This document shows positions 62,912 to 64,000 of a DNA stretch of 64,000 nt, piece after piece. The stretch is taken from assembly GCF_009834535.1 (NCBI RefSeq), contig NC_045706.1, positions 38,874,001 to 38,938,000 of the forward strand, in the 5' to 3' direction. The DNA is from Camelus ferus (lineage: Eukaryota). The position numbers and the translations under genes were made by a program. Positions within the stretch are counted from its first letter, which is position 1. Each line of letters starts with the position of its first letter. The notes beneath the pieces were generated by a model, which did not search any database, was not told the origin of the DNA, and saw only the letters and a program-made list of their open reading frames with translations.

Positions 62912-64000
62912 GGAACTTGCTACTGGCTGAAATCTCTTTTTTGACACACAACAGAAATAACATTGTAGTATTCACTGCTTTCAAATACTTAAAACTTTTT
63001 TGTAATTTAGATTTAATATTTAAAAGAAAAATTTTGTAATTTAGATTTCATATTTTTGTATTTTAGATTTAAATTTAAAAGAAAAATTAAATCTTTAATG
63101 AATTAACAAGAAATTTTGAGTATAGATTTGCTGATACTTCTGTTGAGATTTCTGATAAAACATATTTTAAGAAAATAAAATCATACTAAAGTATTTGCTG
63201 ATTAAGATATTTTTCTTGTTAATTGTGAAGTCTGTATAATTTTACTTTATTATTAGCATAATACTATAATAAAAAGAAAATATAATAGAATAAAATATAA
63301 TAGAAAATATAATAGAATAAAACAATTATAATCAGCATATACTGTATATTATATTACATACCAAAGTTTTATGCATACTATTTGTATCATCATGAAAACT
63401 GTTCAAGGCATATATCATTGTTTTCCTAAAATAGTAGGGAATTGGAAATTCAGTATATTCTATAATTCTAATATTCTATAATGTTGCCAAAATTTACACA
63501 AGTATATGTAAACCCTGTAATGACATCGCTAGTAAGTATAAGCACAAGGTCTAGGAGCTCCTGCTTCCAGAAAGAACATTAAGATCATTATAAAGCAGAG
63601 AAATTTATGTTACCAGTTAGACTCAAACAAGTCCAAGACTGCCTTTTAGTTTCCCTTTGCTGTAATTTTTTTCAAGCTTCATAATAAATCACCAGGAGCA
63701 AATCAGTCCTTTGCTTTGCCAACTCAAGGCAAAATGGCGTTATCTTCTAAGCTACCTTTGCACTTTACGAAACAATGGTTTACCTCTTACTCACTTTTAT
63801 CTGGTTACATTTCCTAGAGCCCATAGATCTTTCACCTATGAGATGTAATTTAAAAAATATTAGTTAATAATATTGTATTACACTGTAAGAAGTGTTATCT
63901 TCCTTCTTAATAGGTTCATGGTCTTGATCACATTGGCCAGTTTTCATGTCCACAGTGAACAGTAGGAATCTCATTCTGTTCAGAGACCAGCAGCACCTGC

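Noticed and set aside
1-64000. tRNA, rRNA, CRISPR arrays or prokaryotic operons
   Set aside because: None seen; the window is mammalian repeat-rich DNA with no regularly spaced direct repeats or tRNA A/B-box cloverleafs.

Overview
AT-rich mammalian genomic DNA, dense in old interspersed repeats (L1, L2, MIR, MLT/ERV LTRs, MER58) and microsatellites, with one 153-N assembly gap. A young L1 3' end resembles camelid L1, and I saw no Alu, B1, Bov-tA, PRE1 or Can-SINE, so the source is probably a camelid (inference). I could not identify a host protein-coding gene; the exon-like segments listed are unverified and such segments arise by chance in DNA of this composition. The one clearly recognisable gene-derived element is an intronless, frameshifted retrocopy of NOL12 at 27118-27740 (+), followed by about 1.8 kb of GC-rich sequence that is probably its 3'UTR. 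Its 5' part has not decayed like a normal pseudogene: amino-acid-changing differences are mostly A/T->G/C, it forms a CpG island, and CpG enrichment extends into the upstream MIR. Its 3' part shows ordinary CpG decay. This pattern suggests GC-biased gene conversion and possibly a retrocopy-born promoter. There is also a short U2 snRNA fragment with an internal deletion at 62885-62911 (-). Homology calls come from recalled sequences, not database searches, and repeat boundaries are approximate.
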